From contig JAAOMT010000261.1 in NCBI GenBank assembly GCA_016748015.1, positions 384,733 to 448,732 of the forward strand: a stretch of DNA of 64,000 nt. The letters run 5' to 3'. Shown here piece by piece: positions 10,124 through 23,761 of this stretch. Every line of letters starts with the position of its first letter. The first letter of the stretch is position 1. Source of the stretch: Geosiphon pyriformis uo1. Lineage: Eukaryota > Fungi > Glomeromycota. The notes under the pieces are model-generated. The model did not search any database. It was not told where the DNA came from and saw only the letters and a program-made list of their open reading frames with translations. The position numbers and the translations under genes were made by a program.

Positions 10124-11098
10124 TGTTACCAGAGGTTTTTGGTCTCTTCTTAGCTCTTGTATGTTTGTTGTAATGCTGTTAATTTACAACTATGGGAAGT
10201 GTTTGAACCTCTGATAACTGAATTTTATCTTCAAATTTTTTCTTATAATTTGAACTTACTGAACTTATAAGTGGAATGATCAATTCCATGCCAGTTGCTT
10301 TGTGTAGTTACGTTGTAGTAAATGTCAACTCTTTTTCAGGAATTGCTCATTTGGAAGCTCACTAAAAATGTGTAGTTACTTTGTTGTGAAAGTCAACTCT
10401 TCTACAGGAATCTTGTCTGTAGGCTACCCTAATGATTATAATAAGAAAATAAAAGAAATGTAAAAGAAATAGAATTCTGTTAAGAGAAACGTTTTCTATT
10501 CAGGCCTGGAGTCACTAACAGTTTACTGAAATTGGTAGCTAATTAATTTCAAAACATTAGTTGGGTTTTGGGAATTTTTTTTCCAAGTACAATAATTAAA
10601 GAATTTGGTTTTTCTAATTATTTGGTATTTATTTCTTTTTGTGTGTGTAGGAATGGTTCTAAATGATAAATCTAAAATAAGATATATTTTCTTGAAGAGA
10701 GAAGCTCTTCTTTTATACAACTTGTTGTAACACTATTCTATGAACTTGAACTTTGCTTTTTTTTACAATTTCACTAAACTAAAGATACATTTCGGCAAAC
10801 TACAAGTTGTTTCTGCAAACTGTTAGATATTTCGGTGAACTATCAATTATTTCGGCAAATTTCTACAAATTTTGGCGAACTTTTGAATGTTACATATTTT
10901 GGGGTATTGCATAATTAATCATCGCACTTAGATTACATTTGTGTTATGTACAAATTGGATTATTAATTGATTGGTGATATTTGATAATTTGATTAAATAA
11001 TAATTAATGATTTTGAAACAATAATATATGCTAATTAATGATAAGAATTATAAGAATAATTTCATGTTAATTAATATCTCAAATTTCTGTTGGTAACA
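10124..11098 (-). repeat. 5' LTR of A2
   Basis: Direct repeat of 4147-5121. Confidence 0.96.
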
Positions 11099-14000
11099 AC
11101 ACCCAAACCCAAATTAATGTCCTCAAAAAAAACAGCAGCACCAGTCTTTACACTGAGAGTTCCCAAGCCACTTAAAGATCCATCTATATAGACAGAAAGA
11201 TGACCCACATTAGCATGCAGCAAATTGTCTTTGATGACATCAAATTCATAAAACTGCAAAATATCCAAAGAATCGTGATCATCTAAAAGTGGAAAACTGA
11301 TAGAAAAAACAGTAACACAACCAAAAAATCAAACAGAAAGTTCAAACCAAATGAGAACAGAGCTATAGGAGTCCAACCACTTCCACTGTTTAAAGGTTTT
11401 CCACTTAAAAACAGCACCATTTTGGTCACACAGCTGATCCATTAAAGCAATACTATAATGTTAAAGTAAAAAAACACACTTAAGATAAGTTGACTTACAA
11501 AGGACAAGAAACATAGAAGTTCCACCCCAAAGACGAAAAGCACTGACTAAAAAGTTGCCCAAGGACAAATTATACTCTAAAAATATGCACACTATACCCA
11601 CCAAAAAGTTATTCAAAAGGTTAACACTGACATGAACTAGGAACTATAAAAGATAAAGTGAATGCCAGCTGAGGACCTGAAAATCATGTAATCTATAAGA
11701 AAATAACTTGTCTAGAATACCAACTAAATTTATAAAAGAAACAACTGAGGCCAATTTGCTTTCAGTCTGAACTTGTTTAAACATCTTCAAACTATACAAA
11801 GAGAAATGATAGATCACATTATTGGGAAAATCAAGTGGTAGACCAAACTTAGATTTCAAGCTTTTGTGAATAAAAACATCCCATTTATTACACACATCAA
11901 TAGAAATGAAGCTGAATTGAGTTCTATAACTTATGATCAGATGAAAGACTGCAGACACCAAGTACACAAACTGTTTATTTGAGATCACTTTTTTCAAAAC
12001 AAGATTGACAAAAAATCGAACATCTAAATAAGCCTTAGTCATGCTAGGTTTCGACAAACCCTTAAAGAACAAAAAAATATCCAGTTAGTGGTGCAACTTT
12101 TCTTTTTTGGCAACAGAAATGGACAAGCCACTGATAATTAGATAAGGGTCTTTGACCTGACAGTTGATAGGGATGATCACAGTCTTGTCATTATTGATAG
12201 AAATATTATTAAACTAAAAAAATTCACTTGTAATATTAAGAATATGTTGTGTAGCAGCTTGGCTACTACCAACTCAGATCATATCATCGACAAAAGCACC
12301 AGTAGTAAAAAATGAGGTCAACCCAGTCTAAGATTCTACTCTGCCAGTTTTGGAAATAAAATGAGAATTCAACTTATAACCACATATACTTTCTTGTCTT
12401 TTAATTTTACACAGAAGTAAATTATAGAATATGTGCCACAGAAGAGGTAAGAAAACTTTCTTTTGATCCAACTTATTATGAACAAGGTACCCACCAATCA
12501 GGCCAAAATCTGTCATTACTTTGTTAATATGATCATTGTAAAGACCTCCAAAAAATCTAATAAATTTGTTACTTATCTTAATTCTTGTTAAACTCCTCCT
12601 GAAATGTTTCCAACCAACAGAGTCATAAGCCTTATGCATGTTTTACAAAACCAGCCAAAATTCATGATTTTTCTCCAAAACATCTTCAATAACAGAACCA
12701 ACAGCAAAAATAGGAGATTGTGTCATTGTATCCCTTAAAACTAAAAAGTTATTCTCATAAAGAACATTAAAAGTGCTACAAGCCAGAGAAATTCTGTCAG
12801 AAAAAATCTTAGAAAGAATCTTGTGGGCTGTTTTAATCAGAGCAATAGAACAGGTATTTGTAAAAACACTCTCTCATTCATAAAATTTGGGAATTATTAA
12901 GACTTAAACTTCTTTTTAAGACCTAGGCACTGATTCACAAGTCAAATAAAAGTTCAAAAGCACCAACAGCATATTTAACACTAACTTGTCACAATGCTTT
13001 CACAACTCATTTGAGATGCCAAAAAGACCAGCTGCTTTCTTATCTGGCAGATTTAAAACCACAGCAGACATTTTATCAAACTCTATTAGACACATCACAT
13101 CAGTAAAGGCACTATTAAAAACATAATTTAAAGACCAATATTGGTGAGACCAATTATTAGTAATGTCAGATACCACTTTATACTTTTTAGTCCATCCCTC
13201 CATAATCAAATCCACTTTAGACTTAACTAAATCTGGCTCCAGTACCAATTCATTATCCACAACCAAATAATCCAGTATTACCTTACAAAAAAGATGCTCC
13301 AAAACACTTTTGATAATATAACTCTTGTCCAATTCGAAATTTTCTATCCTTTTATTAATAACTGCCTTAATACAGAACTCTTTTGCATGCTCTAACTCCA
13401 TTATTTTAGAAAAACAGTAAGACTTCCTTGTCTTAGCCAAAACCAAGCAAATTGTATCAAAATTAAATCCCAAAAGAAACAAAGATTTTACTGTCAATGC
13501 ACCAGCTGTGTCAAGTCCATCTTATGCATCCAACAATGCTGTAAAATTCTCACTAAAAACCAAATGGGAAGCCTTAACCAACCTGAACACCAACAACTTC
13601 AGTTTATAAAACTTAGAAGACTCTTTGGTGAAAATCTCATCATAATTTTTAAACCATTTCCTTTTAAATATCTTATTAGCCAAAAGAATCATTGTTTTGC
13701 AAATGACATCTCACATTGCACCCAGATCTAAATACTTCATAGAAACTGTAAACTTACTAGAGAACATCACTGCATTGGCTGCTGTAACATCTTTGAAATT
13801 GTTCTATTTTGTATTATCAACACCCTTAAAATCAAATTTCCAATGGTTTTTATTAGCTTACTTGTGAAAAAAGTTTAACTGCATATCCAAAAGTCCACCC
13901 AAATCTACAGACACAAAGACTGCTTGGTGATCAGTGTTAAAATGTTCACTAACATCCAAAATATTATGACCTACTACTACATTAACCAAATTATAAGAAA

Positions 14001-14451
14001 CAAATAAATAGTTTATTGTTTTTTTGGCACTTCTAGAATTTTTCCATGTAGAACTTCTTGCAACTAGACTTTTTAACAGAGAATTCATTAACTCTATATT
14101 GAGATACTTCTTGAAATTAGCACATTTATATAAACCATCTTTATTGAAGTTTTCATCCAAGACAATAAAAGAAGATTCATTTACTGCTCTTATAATCAAA
14201 GAGTTGATCTTGCCAACTTAAGAAAAATGAACAGCCAGAAAAGCACCAGCATAGAACCCCAAAATTAAAACAGAAAGTTTATCTTTAAAAAGCAACTTAA
14301 CAGATAGAAGCTAACCAGACATCTTAGAAACTTTGTATACATGATGAGCCAAAGAAATGTTTATAATAATAGCAATACCAGAATTCAAGTAACCAGAGTC
14401 CAAACCAGAAGTAAAAACACAGACATCATCAAACTTATTAGCAATTCACAG
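11099..14451 (-). pseudogene. L1 ORF2 middle: APE endonuclease, RT, start of RNase H
   Basis: ENFN (GDFN), KTINYLF, FNTDHQAV, MHKAYDSVGW, AFVDD, VYIDGSL. Confidence 0.92.
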
Positions 14452-15333
14452 TGTTACAGGTGATTATTTGGGGTTTTAAGTCAAATAACAAACTTATAAC
14501 TTGGTGCTCAAAAGCTATTTGCGTTGATAATAATGATCTGAAAGTTTTGGTGCTCTGAAGGTTTTCCAAATAAGTTCTTTGTATAATGGACAGAGATTCA
14601 GTAGTATTGGTATTCGCAATTTTGTTTTAGTTGTTTCCCAATTTCTTTTTCAGCTTGGTGGCCAGATTTATTTTGGCAGTCATGCTCTTTTGGTAAGCTA
14701 TCTGTTAATATATATATTATTACCCTTATTTCTGGGTCTTTTACCAGGCTATCCATGATGTCAATAACTCAGCACTTTAATCCTCAATCAATTAGTATAC
14801 AACAATAAAATCAAAGAAAAGAAAATAAAGAAAAAAAGAAAAATAAAAGAAATAAAAAAATAGCCAAGACAATGCACAAGTTAGTATCCCATCAATAGTC
14901 ATGATCAAGAGCTATTGTTCCAGTGTGGTTAAGTATCAATGTCTATCAACATGAAGTGTTAATAGTGGAGAATAGATTATGATAACAAATAGTTATTTTA
15001 TTAGATGATTGTGAATTAGAAGATTGCTTAGATTAAATCTAAACCGAAAGGTCTGTCTTTTCTACTTTTAATACTACTGCTATATATACATAATTGAGAT
15101 TCTTCAATTCCTCAATTCTTCTCAACAGGAATCTTGGAACTCTTGAAATCCTGCAATTCCTTTGAGAGAAATTCTGCAATTCTGCAATTCTGTAATTCCT
15201 CATCAGAGAATCCTAAAATTTCTGGAATTCTGCAATTCTTCTAAGAGGAATCCTGGAATTTCACATTTACTACATCTACTTCTGATTGGCTAATAACTAT
15301 GCTAATATGTTTTTTATATTTCTATAAGTAACA
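14452..15333 (-). repeat. 3' LTR of B
   Basis: Direct repeat of 23762-24643; PPT AAAAAGAAGGAAATAA at 15334-15349 (minus). Confidence 0.96.
15100..15262. repeat. U3 array of GGAATT/CC-type 8-9 bp motifs in the B LTR (also 24410-24572)
   Basis: e.g. AATTCTGC AATTCTGC AATTCTGT. Lies between a CCAAT motif (15284-15289, minus) and TATATATA (15081-15088). Confidence 0.65.
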
Positions 15334-15339
15334 TTATTT

Positions 15340-15977
15340 CCTTCTTTTTAATATTGAGCTCTGTTAAAATCTAATTCTTTTAATTCTTCTTCTTGAATTA
15401 TTTTTTGAACTTTTTTTTTTAGAATTACTTGTGTTATTTGTATTTATAGCTCCTCAAATTGAGTATTAGTAATTTTTCCTAATTGATTGCTAGTAACAGG
15501 ATTCATTATTTTGTTCAGTAAAATTTCTGGTTAATCCTAAAATGCTGTGTGTATTCAGTATATGACTCAAGCCTGTGTGGATAAGTTGTTCTTTCCCACA
15601 AACTGTTCTAATTATTGTAGTATGGTTGTGTTGAATAACCATTTTGTTTTGTCTGTGTATAAATTCTGTATATTCACATGTTGTCCCAAGTAAAAATAAC
15701 AATATTTTCTTGGAAATTGTTGTATCTACCAATTCCAAGTTTCTCTGGTCAATTCCTGGTATTGTCTGACTATTTGTTGTTCTTTTGTAGCCAATTTTAC
15801 TTTGGTAACTATTTTCTTAACCAGATTTTCAGGTTTTCTCTGTACTTTGCATTGTCATACTTTTGTAGTGTCTTTATATCGAATGGTTTGTTGGTTAATT
15901 GTAATTTCCATATCTTGGTGTTGAATCAATTGGAAAAGTTGTTGTGCTAGAGAGTGAATATTGTCTGTAATTTCCAT
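15340..15977 (-). pseudogene. Accessory ORF3 of B (stop-riddled, absent from the ORF track in its true frame)
   Basis: Hand translation MEITDNIHSLAQQLF...FPRKYCYFYLGQ...LGKITNTQFEEL*IQITQVIL aligns with A2 ORF3. Confidence 0.72.
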
Positions 15978-16049
15978 TTTTTTGATCTCTTTTGTTATGT
16001 CTTTCATAACTTTATATATTCTTTTGGTCAATCAATTTCATGTGTTATT

Positions 16050-17330
16050 GTTAATGATAATAATTGGTTCCAGATCTTGTGGAATCTCATTTGGTTGGAT
16101 TAGTATTCTCTGTACTCTTAATTGTAGAATATTACTGGTGGATGGTAGTGTGATGTTGTGGTATGGTTTCAGTCAATCTTCATGTGCTGCTTTGGTTAAG
16201 ATTTTGTTGTTCAGTCTTAATTTATAAGCTTCACTTCCTAGAATTTCTTTTATGTGAAATGGTCTATCCCATTTGGGATTGAATTTTCCACTCCATTGTT
16301 TTTCCACTTTGATATGATGTAAGAGTACTTTGTTTCCAATCTTGAATTCAACTGGTTTGTCTGGTAGTTGACTATCATGTCTTTCTTTTTGTTTCTTTTG
16401 TGATTTTTGAATGTTATCAGCTGCTCTTTTTTGTTTGTTTTCCAATGTTTCTATTAAGTCATATGTCTTTCTTAACAATGTTTCCTGGAAATTCTCTTCT
16501 GTTATTGGTTCAGTTAGATATGTGTTGACTTTTATCTCAACTAGTATTGTTGCTGTTCTACCGTATACTAATTTAAATGGTGTTACTTGTGTAGTATCTT
16601 GCTTTATTGTATAATAAGCAAATAGTACTGATGGTATGAACAAATCCCATTTGTCCTGGTTTTTTTGGCTGAATTTGGCAATTGCCTCACACAATATTAT
16701 ATTAAATCTTTCCACTAGACTATTTGTTTGTGGATAATATGATAATGATAGTGGTCTCTTAATTTCAAATTTTTGGCTTAATTTTGCTAGTGTTCTGTTC
16801 ACAAAGTAAGTTCTTTGATCTGATAGTAATTTTTTTAAACATTTATGTCGACAAATCAGATCTTGATGGATGAATTTGGCAATGGATTCTGCATCCACTC
16901 TTTGAATTGCTTTTGCTTCTGGCCATTTAGTAAGATAGTTCATGGCTACTACAATATATTTGTTGCCTCTACTGGTAATTGTTAATGGTCCAACTAAATT
17001 GATTCCAATGCAATCAAATGGTTGTTCTACTTTAATTGATCTCAATGGTTTGCTGGGTCTTGTTCCTTCTTTTCTTTGACAAGCATCACAATTTTGAACA
17101 TATTGGATGATATCTGGATACATTGATGGCCAATAGTATCTTTTTCTAGTTCTTTCTATTGTTGTTTCTTTATGAAAATGTCCTGCTGTTGGATCTGAGT
17201 ACATGTTGAATAGTACTGTCTTTTTTTCTGATTCTGTAATTACTCTGGTTGGTTGGTCTGGATCTTTTCTATTCTTCTGATAAAGTATATTCTGGTAAGT
17301 GATAAAATATTTTGATTGTTGTTTTATACT
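16050..17330 (-). pseudogene. Integrase of B (HHCC, DDE core, GPF-type motif, no chromodomain seen)
   Basis: AGHF..RYYWPSM..CDAC, IGINLVGPL, LLSDQRTYF, PQTNSLVERFN, KWDRPFHI. Confidence 0.95.
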
Positions 17331-17539
17331 ATTTCATTTTGATTGAGATAATTTTTTCTTGAACTGTTGAGTATTAATATAGTGTTGGAGTTGTTGATAT
17401 TTTTGTGTGTTCATCTTTTGTTATATTTTCATTGAATTTGGATTGGTTTTGTTATATTTTTGGGTTGAAATGTTCTTAGATTTGTCTTATTTGTAACAAA
17501 CTGTCAGCATTTTTGTTGTCTTTTTCCTTTTTATAATGT

Positions 17540-18876
17540 ATAATATAAGTATATGGCAAAAGTGCTATTTTTCATCTTGATTGTCTGCCATCTCCAAATT
17601 TTTGTTTTTAGAGTGATGTCAATCCTTTGTGATCTGTGTACACTTCGAACTTCTGACTCAAGTATTTTTTTCATTTCATGACTGCTCAATAAATTGCTAA
17701 GTGCTTCAGTTCTGGTGTTCCATAGTTCTTTTTAGCTGGTGTTAGACTTCAGCTGGCATATGCCACTGGATGTTCTCGTCCATTTGGTTCTTTTTGAGAT
17801 AGTACTGCTCCCAATGCTTGACTTGATGCATCAGTTGTGATGCTGAATGGCTTGCTGTAATTTGGATAGATCAATACTGGAGCTTGAATTAGCTTTTTTC
17901 TTAAGATGTCAAAAGCTTCTTGTTGTCTTTCTGTCCATTCATACTTTGCATTCTTGGTTTAAAGATCATTGAGTGGTTGGGCTATCTTTAAAAAGTTTTT
18001 TATGAAATGTCTATAATAGCTCGCAAATCCCAAGAATGATTTCAGCTCAGTTATGTTGGTTGGTATTGGAAAGTTTTTTACTATTTCTATCTTCTCTGGA
18101 TCTGTTTTTATGCCATCTTTGCTAACTATGTGTCTTACGAATTTTAGTTTTGTTTTTCCGAAAAAACATTTGGTGGCATTTAACTTTAGCTCTGCTTATC
18201 GTAATCTTTCAAATACTTGTTGGAAATGATGTAGATGATCATCAAATGTTTTTAAAAACACATTGGTGTCATCTAAGTATACAACTACTGATTTTCACAA
18301 TAAGCCAGTGTACACAATTTCTATTAGCTATTGGAATGTAGCTGGAGCATTGGTTAAGCTGAATAGCATAACTTCAAACTCAAAGTTCCCTTCTCTAATG
18401 GTGAATGCCATCTTCTTTTTGTCAGCTGGATTCATGGCTACTTGTTAGTAACCACTGTTAAAGTCTAATGTTGAGAACCATTTGTTCCTGTCAAATGCGT
18501 CAAATAGCTCCTGGATTCATAGAGTTAGATAACTGTCTCTTCGAGTGACTCTATTGAATTTTCTTTAATCCACACAAAAGCAGATCTTTCCATTCTTTTT
18601 CCGAACGAGTACTATTAGTGATGACTATGGGCTTATCAATGGCTGAATTAGTCTGTTGTCAAGCATTCTATTAATTTCTTGACAAATGATTTTATAACTG
18701 GCTGGTGGTACTCTGTATGCTTGTTGTTTTATTGGCATTGTATCTTCAGTCTTGATCTGGTGTTGGATGATGTCAGTACGGCCAAATTCATCTTTACTTG
18801 CAAATATGTCAGTAAAGTTGTTAAGTAGCATTTTGAGTTGTATATGTTGAAATGGATCTAAGTTTCTCATGTTCAT
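17540..18876 (-). pseudogene. pol: Reverse transcriptase and RNase H of B
   Basis: PIKQQAYRVP, FCVD, NAPATFQ, VVVYLDD (~18265-18285), TDAS..LGAVLSQ, YTDHK. Confidence 0.95.
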
Positions 18877-19309
18877 TTATTCCAATTGTTCTGGTTGGAG
18901 CAAATAACATTCATTGTGTTTGTATATTGTTTGTGATGTGATATCAACATATCCACAAAGCTGTGAAAAGTCTGAAATGGGGTGTGGTGGCTGTTTTTCT
19001 ATTTCTGTGATCAAATATCCAATTGTGGTTTTTTTTGGTATATTAATGACATTTCTGGTGTTGTTGTAGATAGAAATTTTTATGTGGCTATAGTTTTTGG
19101 CTGGTATGTAGAGATTGATAAGTCCAATCTCTCCTGATTTGCAAAGGCTTGCTTCTGCTTCAAAAATCTGTTCTTGTTCCTTTTCTCTCCTTTCTATTGC
19201 TAACATGTATTGGCTATATAGTGGAATGAAAATTGCTTAACTGGTTGAGATAATTTCTTCTTGGCCAACAATTTTTTTCTCCACCATATTAACTGGTACA
19301 TCTATCTTA

Positions 19310-19700
19310 CCCATTGACCCAAATCTCTGTATCCCTCTTGCTGTTATTCTTAACTCTTTCTTTTGTTCCATTGATACTAACTGAGCTATTTTTACCAAAG
19401 ACAGGAATATTGCCTGTGCTATCTTTTTATTTGGCTCTATTGTATATGCCTTTTCTGAGTTATTTTGTAATATTGCAATGATATTTCCTACATATTCTGC
19501 ATCAATTATTCCTCCTTTGATATTGATCCCTTTTTTGGCTAAATTATTCCTAGAAGCTAACTAAACCATGATTGTTGCTGAAATCTTTAGTGCTATTTTC
19601 AGATCAATGCAGGTGCGCGAATGTGGTTCCAATTTAATGGCCTCTTTTTTTGGATACCTCAGATCAAATTCCACATTGGTATCATGCATGTGTTTTGGCA
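19310..19700 (-). pseudogene. dut: dUTPase domain of B
   Basis: FDLRYP, LASRNNLAKKGINIKGGIIDAEYVGNI, KIAQAI, RGIQRFGSMG. Confidence 0.92.
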
Positions 19701-19959
19701 TGATATCTTCATTATTATTACTGTACCATTTCAACTCCTGTTCTTTGGAGAGATCTGGTAGGGCAATATATTGCTTGTAGTTGGGATTGGAGTTTGAATT
19801 TAAGTTAATTTTATTGTTATATTGAACGGAACTAGAACCATTGTTTTCGTTATTGTCGTTGTCAGAGTTTGAATCAGGATTGAAAATTGATTTTGATTCT
19901 GATGTGCAGCTGCTAATTGGTTCTTTTTCCTTAGGAATCTTGTAGATCATGTGTGATAG

Positions 19960-20600
19960 TGGATTGTAAATGAAATCACACTTATTACAATATTGAAAGT
20001 CATATGAGATCAAACAGTAATCACATAGTCAAGTGTTTAATTGTGCTAAACATTGCTCTTGCTTTTCTCTGGTGGGTGCCAAGTTCTGGTAGTGCTCATG
20101 AAATTGCTCTGAATTGTCTTCAATGTCATCAAACATGTTGAAAGTCACAATGTATTCAGGTTCAGGAAGGATGAGTGGATTGTTTTTGATTTCTAACAGC
20201 TCACTGGTCATGGTGCCCTCAGCTTTTGCACTGGCCATTTACCAGATCTCGTGTTTATTGTGTGGATATTTTTCCAATTGTTGCAATGCTTGTTTCTAAG
20301 CATCATCAATTGGCGTTTCTTTACATATCCAGTTATTGATTAGGATTGTGTACTGACAGATTTTGTTACATGTTTCTCCTTGCTCTGGAATGTCATTCCA
20401 CATTCTTTCATCGGGTAAGATAGTTCCACATGTGAGACAAGATTCATTGTTCTATTTTCTTTGTTGTTTTGGTGGGCCAAACCTTTCTATAACACATGTG
20501 TAATAATAGAATTTGGTGGCTGTCGAATATTTTTCATTGTCGCCACAGCATGCACCCATTGATGACAATTTCTTACTGCAATCGACACATATTAGCTTTG
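19960..20600 (-). pseudogene. Cys-rich module of B (homolog of 6830-7445)
   Basis: CVDCSKKLSSMGAC, CLTCG, CNKICQY, KYPHN, CDYC..YCNKC. Confidence 0.8.
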
Positions 20601-20959
20601 GTTAACAATAATTAGTCAGTGGTGATGGATAAATGTATGAGTTATAAGTAGTGGTGTGGGTGTGTGTTGTTTTTTCTTCCTTCTCTTTTCTCTTCCTCTT
20701 ATTGCTTTCTTCCTATTCCCAATTTGGTAGCTCTTTTGGATCATGGTTGGTTTCTCAGGCTTGGTCAAAATTCCAGGTATGTTCGGTTTCCTTCTGTTTT
20801 TTTTACCGTTGTTGTCCCAAGATAGTATGGGTGGCAGCTTGTTGTGATCGTTTTCAGCCCATGAGACTTGATACGCTTTCCACTTTGGTTTCGGTTCCTC
20901 TTCCTCTAAATTGATTAGTGGTGCTGGCATAACGTTGCTGGATTTGAAATGATTACACA

Positions 20960-21340
20960 TCACTGGTACTCATGTGTGTTGACTATTTTAACTTAGCTGA
21001 AGTTCTTGTGTGGTCCAATCTAGAGTAGCATTTGTTTTGGACAGCCAATTATTCCCAATGAGTGCTTGGTATTGAGTGACTTCCATGATGAGTACTTTGA
21101 TGGGTACTATGATGTCATTGATCTCTATAAGGAAATCATCAATCTCTCCAATGGGTGTTTTGGTTACTTTATCAGCTGTAATAATTTTGGTGCTGGCAGT
21201 GCGATCAACTCGGCAACCTAATTGATCCATGAGTTGTCTTGTGATGATGCTGCCAGCTGATCCACTATCTAGGATCAGTTTGATAAAGTGATCATCAACT
21301 TTCACATCAGTGTACATGGCAGTTATAGGTTTCTTTTCTA
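20960..21340 (-). pseudogene. Retropepsin protease of B
   Basis: IKLILDSGSAGSII...ALIGNNWL. Confidence 0.93.
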
Positions 21341-21899
21341 GTGCGGTTTTACTGAATAATGGTGTGGCTGATGATTCTTCAAGTTCAAATGGGAAAATGG
21401 TGTTCAAAGATTTGTTTTTAGTAATTATAGCAGGTAGAATGTTGTTAGTAAGTGGTTGTCTTTGATTGTTTTCCAGGTGATTGGGTTGGGCTTTTTTTGG
21501 GGTCACCAGAAGACTTAAATAGTTCTGAGAATTCGGATTTTGGGCATACCCAGTTTCCAAACTCTGAAAACATAATCCCATGGCTTGGTGAGAGAAGCTG
21601 GAGATTGGTTGCTGAACAACCATTGCTGATCTTCAGTTTTGGGTAATTCTGGGTCTCAGATTTCCTGATGTCAGGGTAACTGAGTTTTGGAACAGGGTTT
21701 GTATTAATTGTTGGGGCTAATAGATTATTTGAGACTGTGGCTGATAAATTACTAGTGGCTATGATGGATAAATTGTTGGTGGCTGCAGTTAATAAACTGG
21801 AGGTTGATATATGAGTGGTTGATAAATTGGTTGCTGCATTATTGGCAGGTAAGTGGTTTGATATTGTGCTGAGTTTGATTGATGATTTGGAGTTAAGAA

Positions 21900-23699
21900 C
21901 CAGTAATCAGGATTTTGATATTGATTTTTCAATTATTGGTTATTGAAATGCTGGCAGTAGTCAATTTGGATATGTCTTTGTTTACTACAATAGTGGTAGA
22001 TATGTGTTTCTTATTGTCACTGTTGATTGGTTGATGAAGATGGACATGATTGATTCTGAGAACAATTAGAATTTCCTTGATTATTGCATCATTGTGGTAG
22101 TTGATAAATTGCCTGATTGTTGTTAACTAAGTATCCCTCTATCTTCTGATTAATTATTTCACTGAATTTCTCCAATTTGGAATCCAATTCAAATGATCTA
22201 TTTATCACTAGATTAATGGCTTGGGCATGATTGGCCTTGGACTCAGCTGATTCAAAATCTCTGGCGTGTGTGACAGCATCTTGAAAAGTGTCTAGATGCA
22301 ATAAATGTACATGTTGCAAGATGCTGCTGCATAGGCCACAAATAAACTGGTTAAGAATCTGTGGTGCAGTGAAATAGTTGGCGTCAATTGCTTGGATTTG
22401 GCACAGGTTTCTATGAAAGTGTCCTAGGTATGTGGTAACTGCTTCTATTTCTCCTTGTTTAATGGTGGTGAAAGTGTTGGCTAATCTGTTGATACTGTTG
22501 TTATTGCTAAAGTATTTCAGAAATTCCAGTTTAAAGGCATTGAAATCTTGGGGTTTGTTAACTAGGCTTTGGTACCATGAATCAGCTGTATCCTTAAGAA
22601 AGTAGAGTATGGCTTGCATGGCTTTGGTGTTATTCTATCTATTGGCTGCAATGGCTTTTTCTATATCATTTAGCCATATTTGGGCATTGTCTTCTTTGCC
22701 AGTGAACTTGTCAAGCTTTGCGATTGGTGCATATGCCATTTGTTGTTATTGCTGTGGTGGTTGGAGTTGTTGTTGTTATTGTGGCTGTTGGAGTGGTGGC
22801 TGTTGTAATGGTGGTTGCTGAAGTGGTCTTTGTGGTTGTTGGATGGGTTTGGCTATCAGATCAATTGGTGGGTAATCAATGACAATATTTGGAGGTAAGT
22901 TCTGCTAATTGATTAATTTGGGGTTTTGATTTGGCAGTGTTTGAATATTCGGAGTTCTGATTTCCAGATTTTCTAGGATTGGGTTTTGGTCAGTAAATTT
23001 TTGATCCTCAGATTTTTCTTTCTCTACTTCTTTTTGTTCTCCTTCTGATTCAGTTATTTCCCACAGACTTGCAGTTCCGAAATCTGGTTGAGGCAGTGGT
23101 GATCATAGTCCTGATAGCATTGGCAATTGTGATTTAAATCCTTTGAAATACACGCCATATGGTCCTAATAGGTCTTTTTTTCTTTGTTTACTTTAAAATG
23201 GAAATTTTCCAAATGTTGATGTTGCATTTGATATGGACGCACCTGTTGATGAGATGTTGATAGCACTTTATGGTGTATAGTAATATGATGGGACAGTTGG
23301 TGATTCTATTCTGTGTTTCTTCTAACTAAGTAACTGTATTCCCTTTGGTGTTGCTGCTGGTGTTTGGATTCTTCTTTTCCCTTTATCTGTGTAAGTAATG
23401 GGAAATTGTTGTTGAACGTATCTTTTAATGTCTTGATTAATCTCTCTGATGATTAGTGTGAAACTATAGTTTCTAGGTAAGTTGGTGTGTTGAAATAATT
23501 CTGTGTAAAAGTTTTTTCTTGTTGATTCAATGTTAACTGTTCCTCCCAAGCAGTCTGTGATTTTATTGTTGATGTAAAAGTTGAAGGCTGATTCTGCTGG
23601 ATAATGGTTATTGTTTAATCTTAATTGTTGGCTGTATTGTTGAAACAAGAATTTGGCAAATCTTAAATGGTTTGCTTCTATGTTTTTTGGTTCTGCCAC
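21900..23699 (-). pseudogene. gag: Gag of B (N-terminal domain, Q/P-rich linker, capsid, degenerate CCHC)
   Basis: ILYFLKDTADSWY..FKLEFLKYF..IKQGEIEAVTTY..ILNQFICGL; YHYCSKQRHIQIDY. Confidence 0.9.
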
Positions 23700-23741
23700 T
23701 TTTGGATGGATGTTGATGGTGCTGGTTCTCTGTAAGATTAT

Positions 23742-23759
23742 ACCTCACAGGGAGCACCA
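23742..23759 (-). promoter_or_regulatory. Primer binding site of B (TGGTGCTCCCTGTGAGGT)
   Basis: TGG start 2 nt from the 5' LTR; complementary to a tRNA ...CCUCACAGGGAGCACCA end. Confidence 0.85.
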
Positions 23760-23761
23760 AA

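Larger units (their letters stand above)
4147..11098 (-). mobile_element. Ty3/Gypsy family A element A2, non-autonomous (Gag-PR-Cys-rich-dUTPase, RT/RH/IN deleted, ORF3)
   Basis: Two 975-bp LTRs with TGTTACC...GGTAACA ends, 4-bp TSD ACAC (4143-4146 / 11099-11102), PBS and PPT. Confidence 0.96.

Noticed and set aside
15490-15738. 82-aa ORF-track protein as the B accessory gene
   Set aside because: Wrong frame; the homology to A2 ORF3 is in an adjacent, stop-interrupted frame.
16050-16200. Chromodomain at the integrase C-terminus
   Set aside because: No chromodomain aromatic-cage pattern; the tail is short and ends LEPIIII.
22609-22821. Cys/Gly-rich ORF resembling a metallothionein
   Set aside because: It is the antisense reading of the CAA/CCA-rich Q/P linker of Gag.
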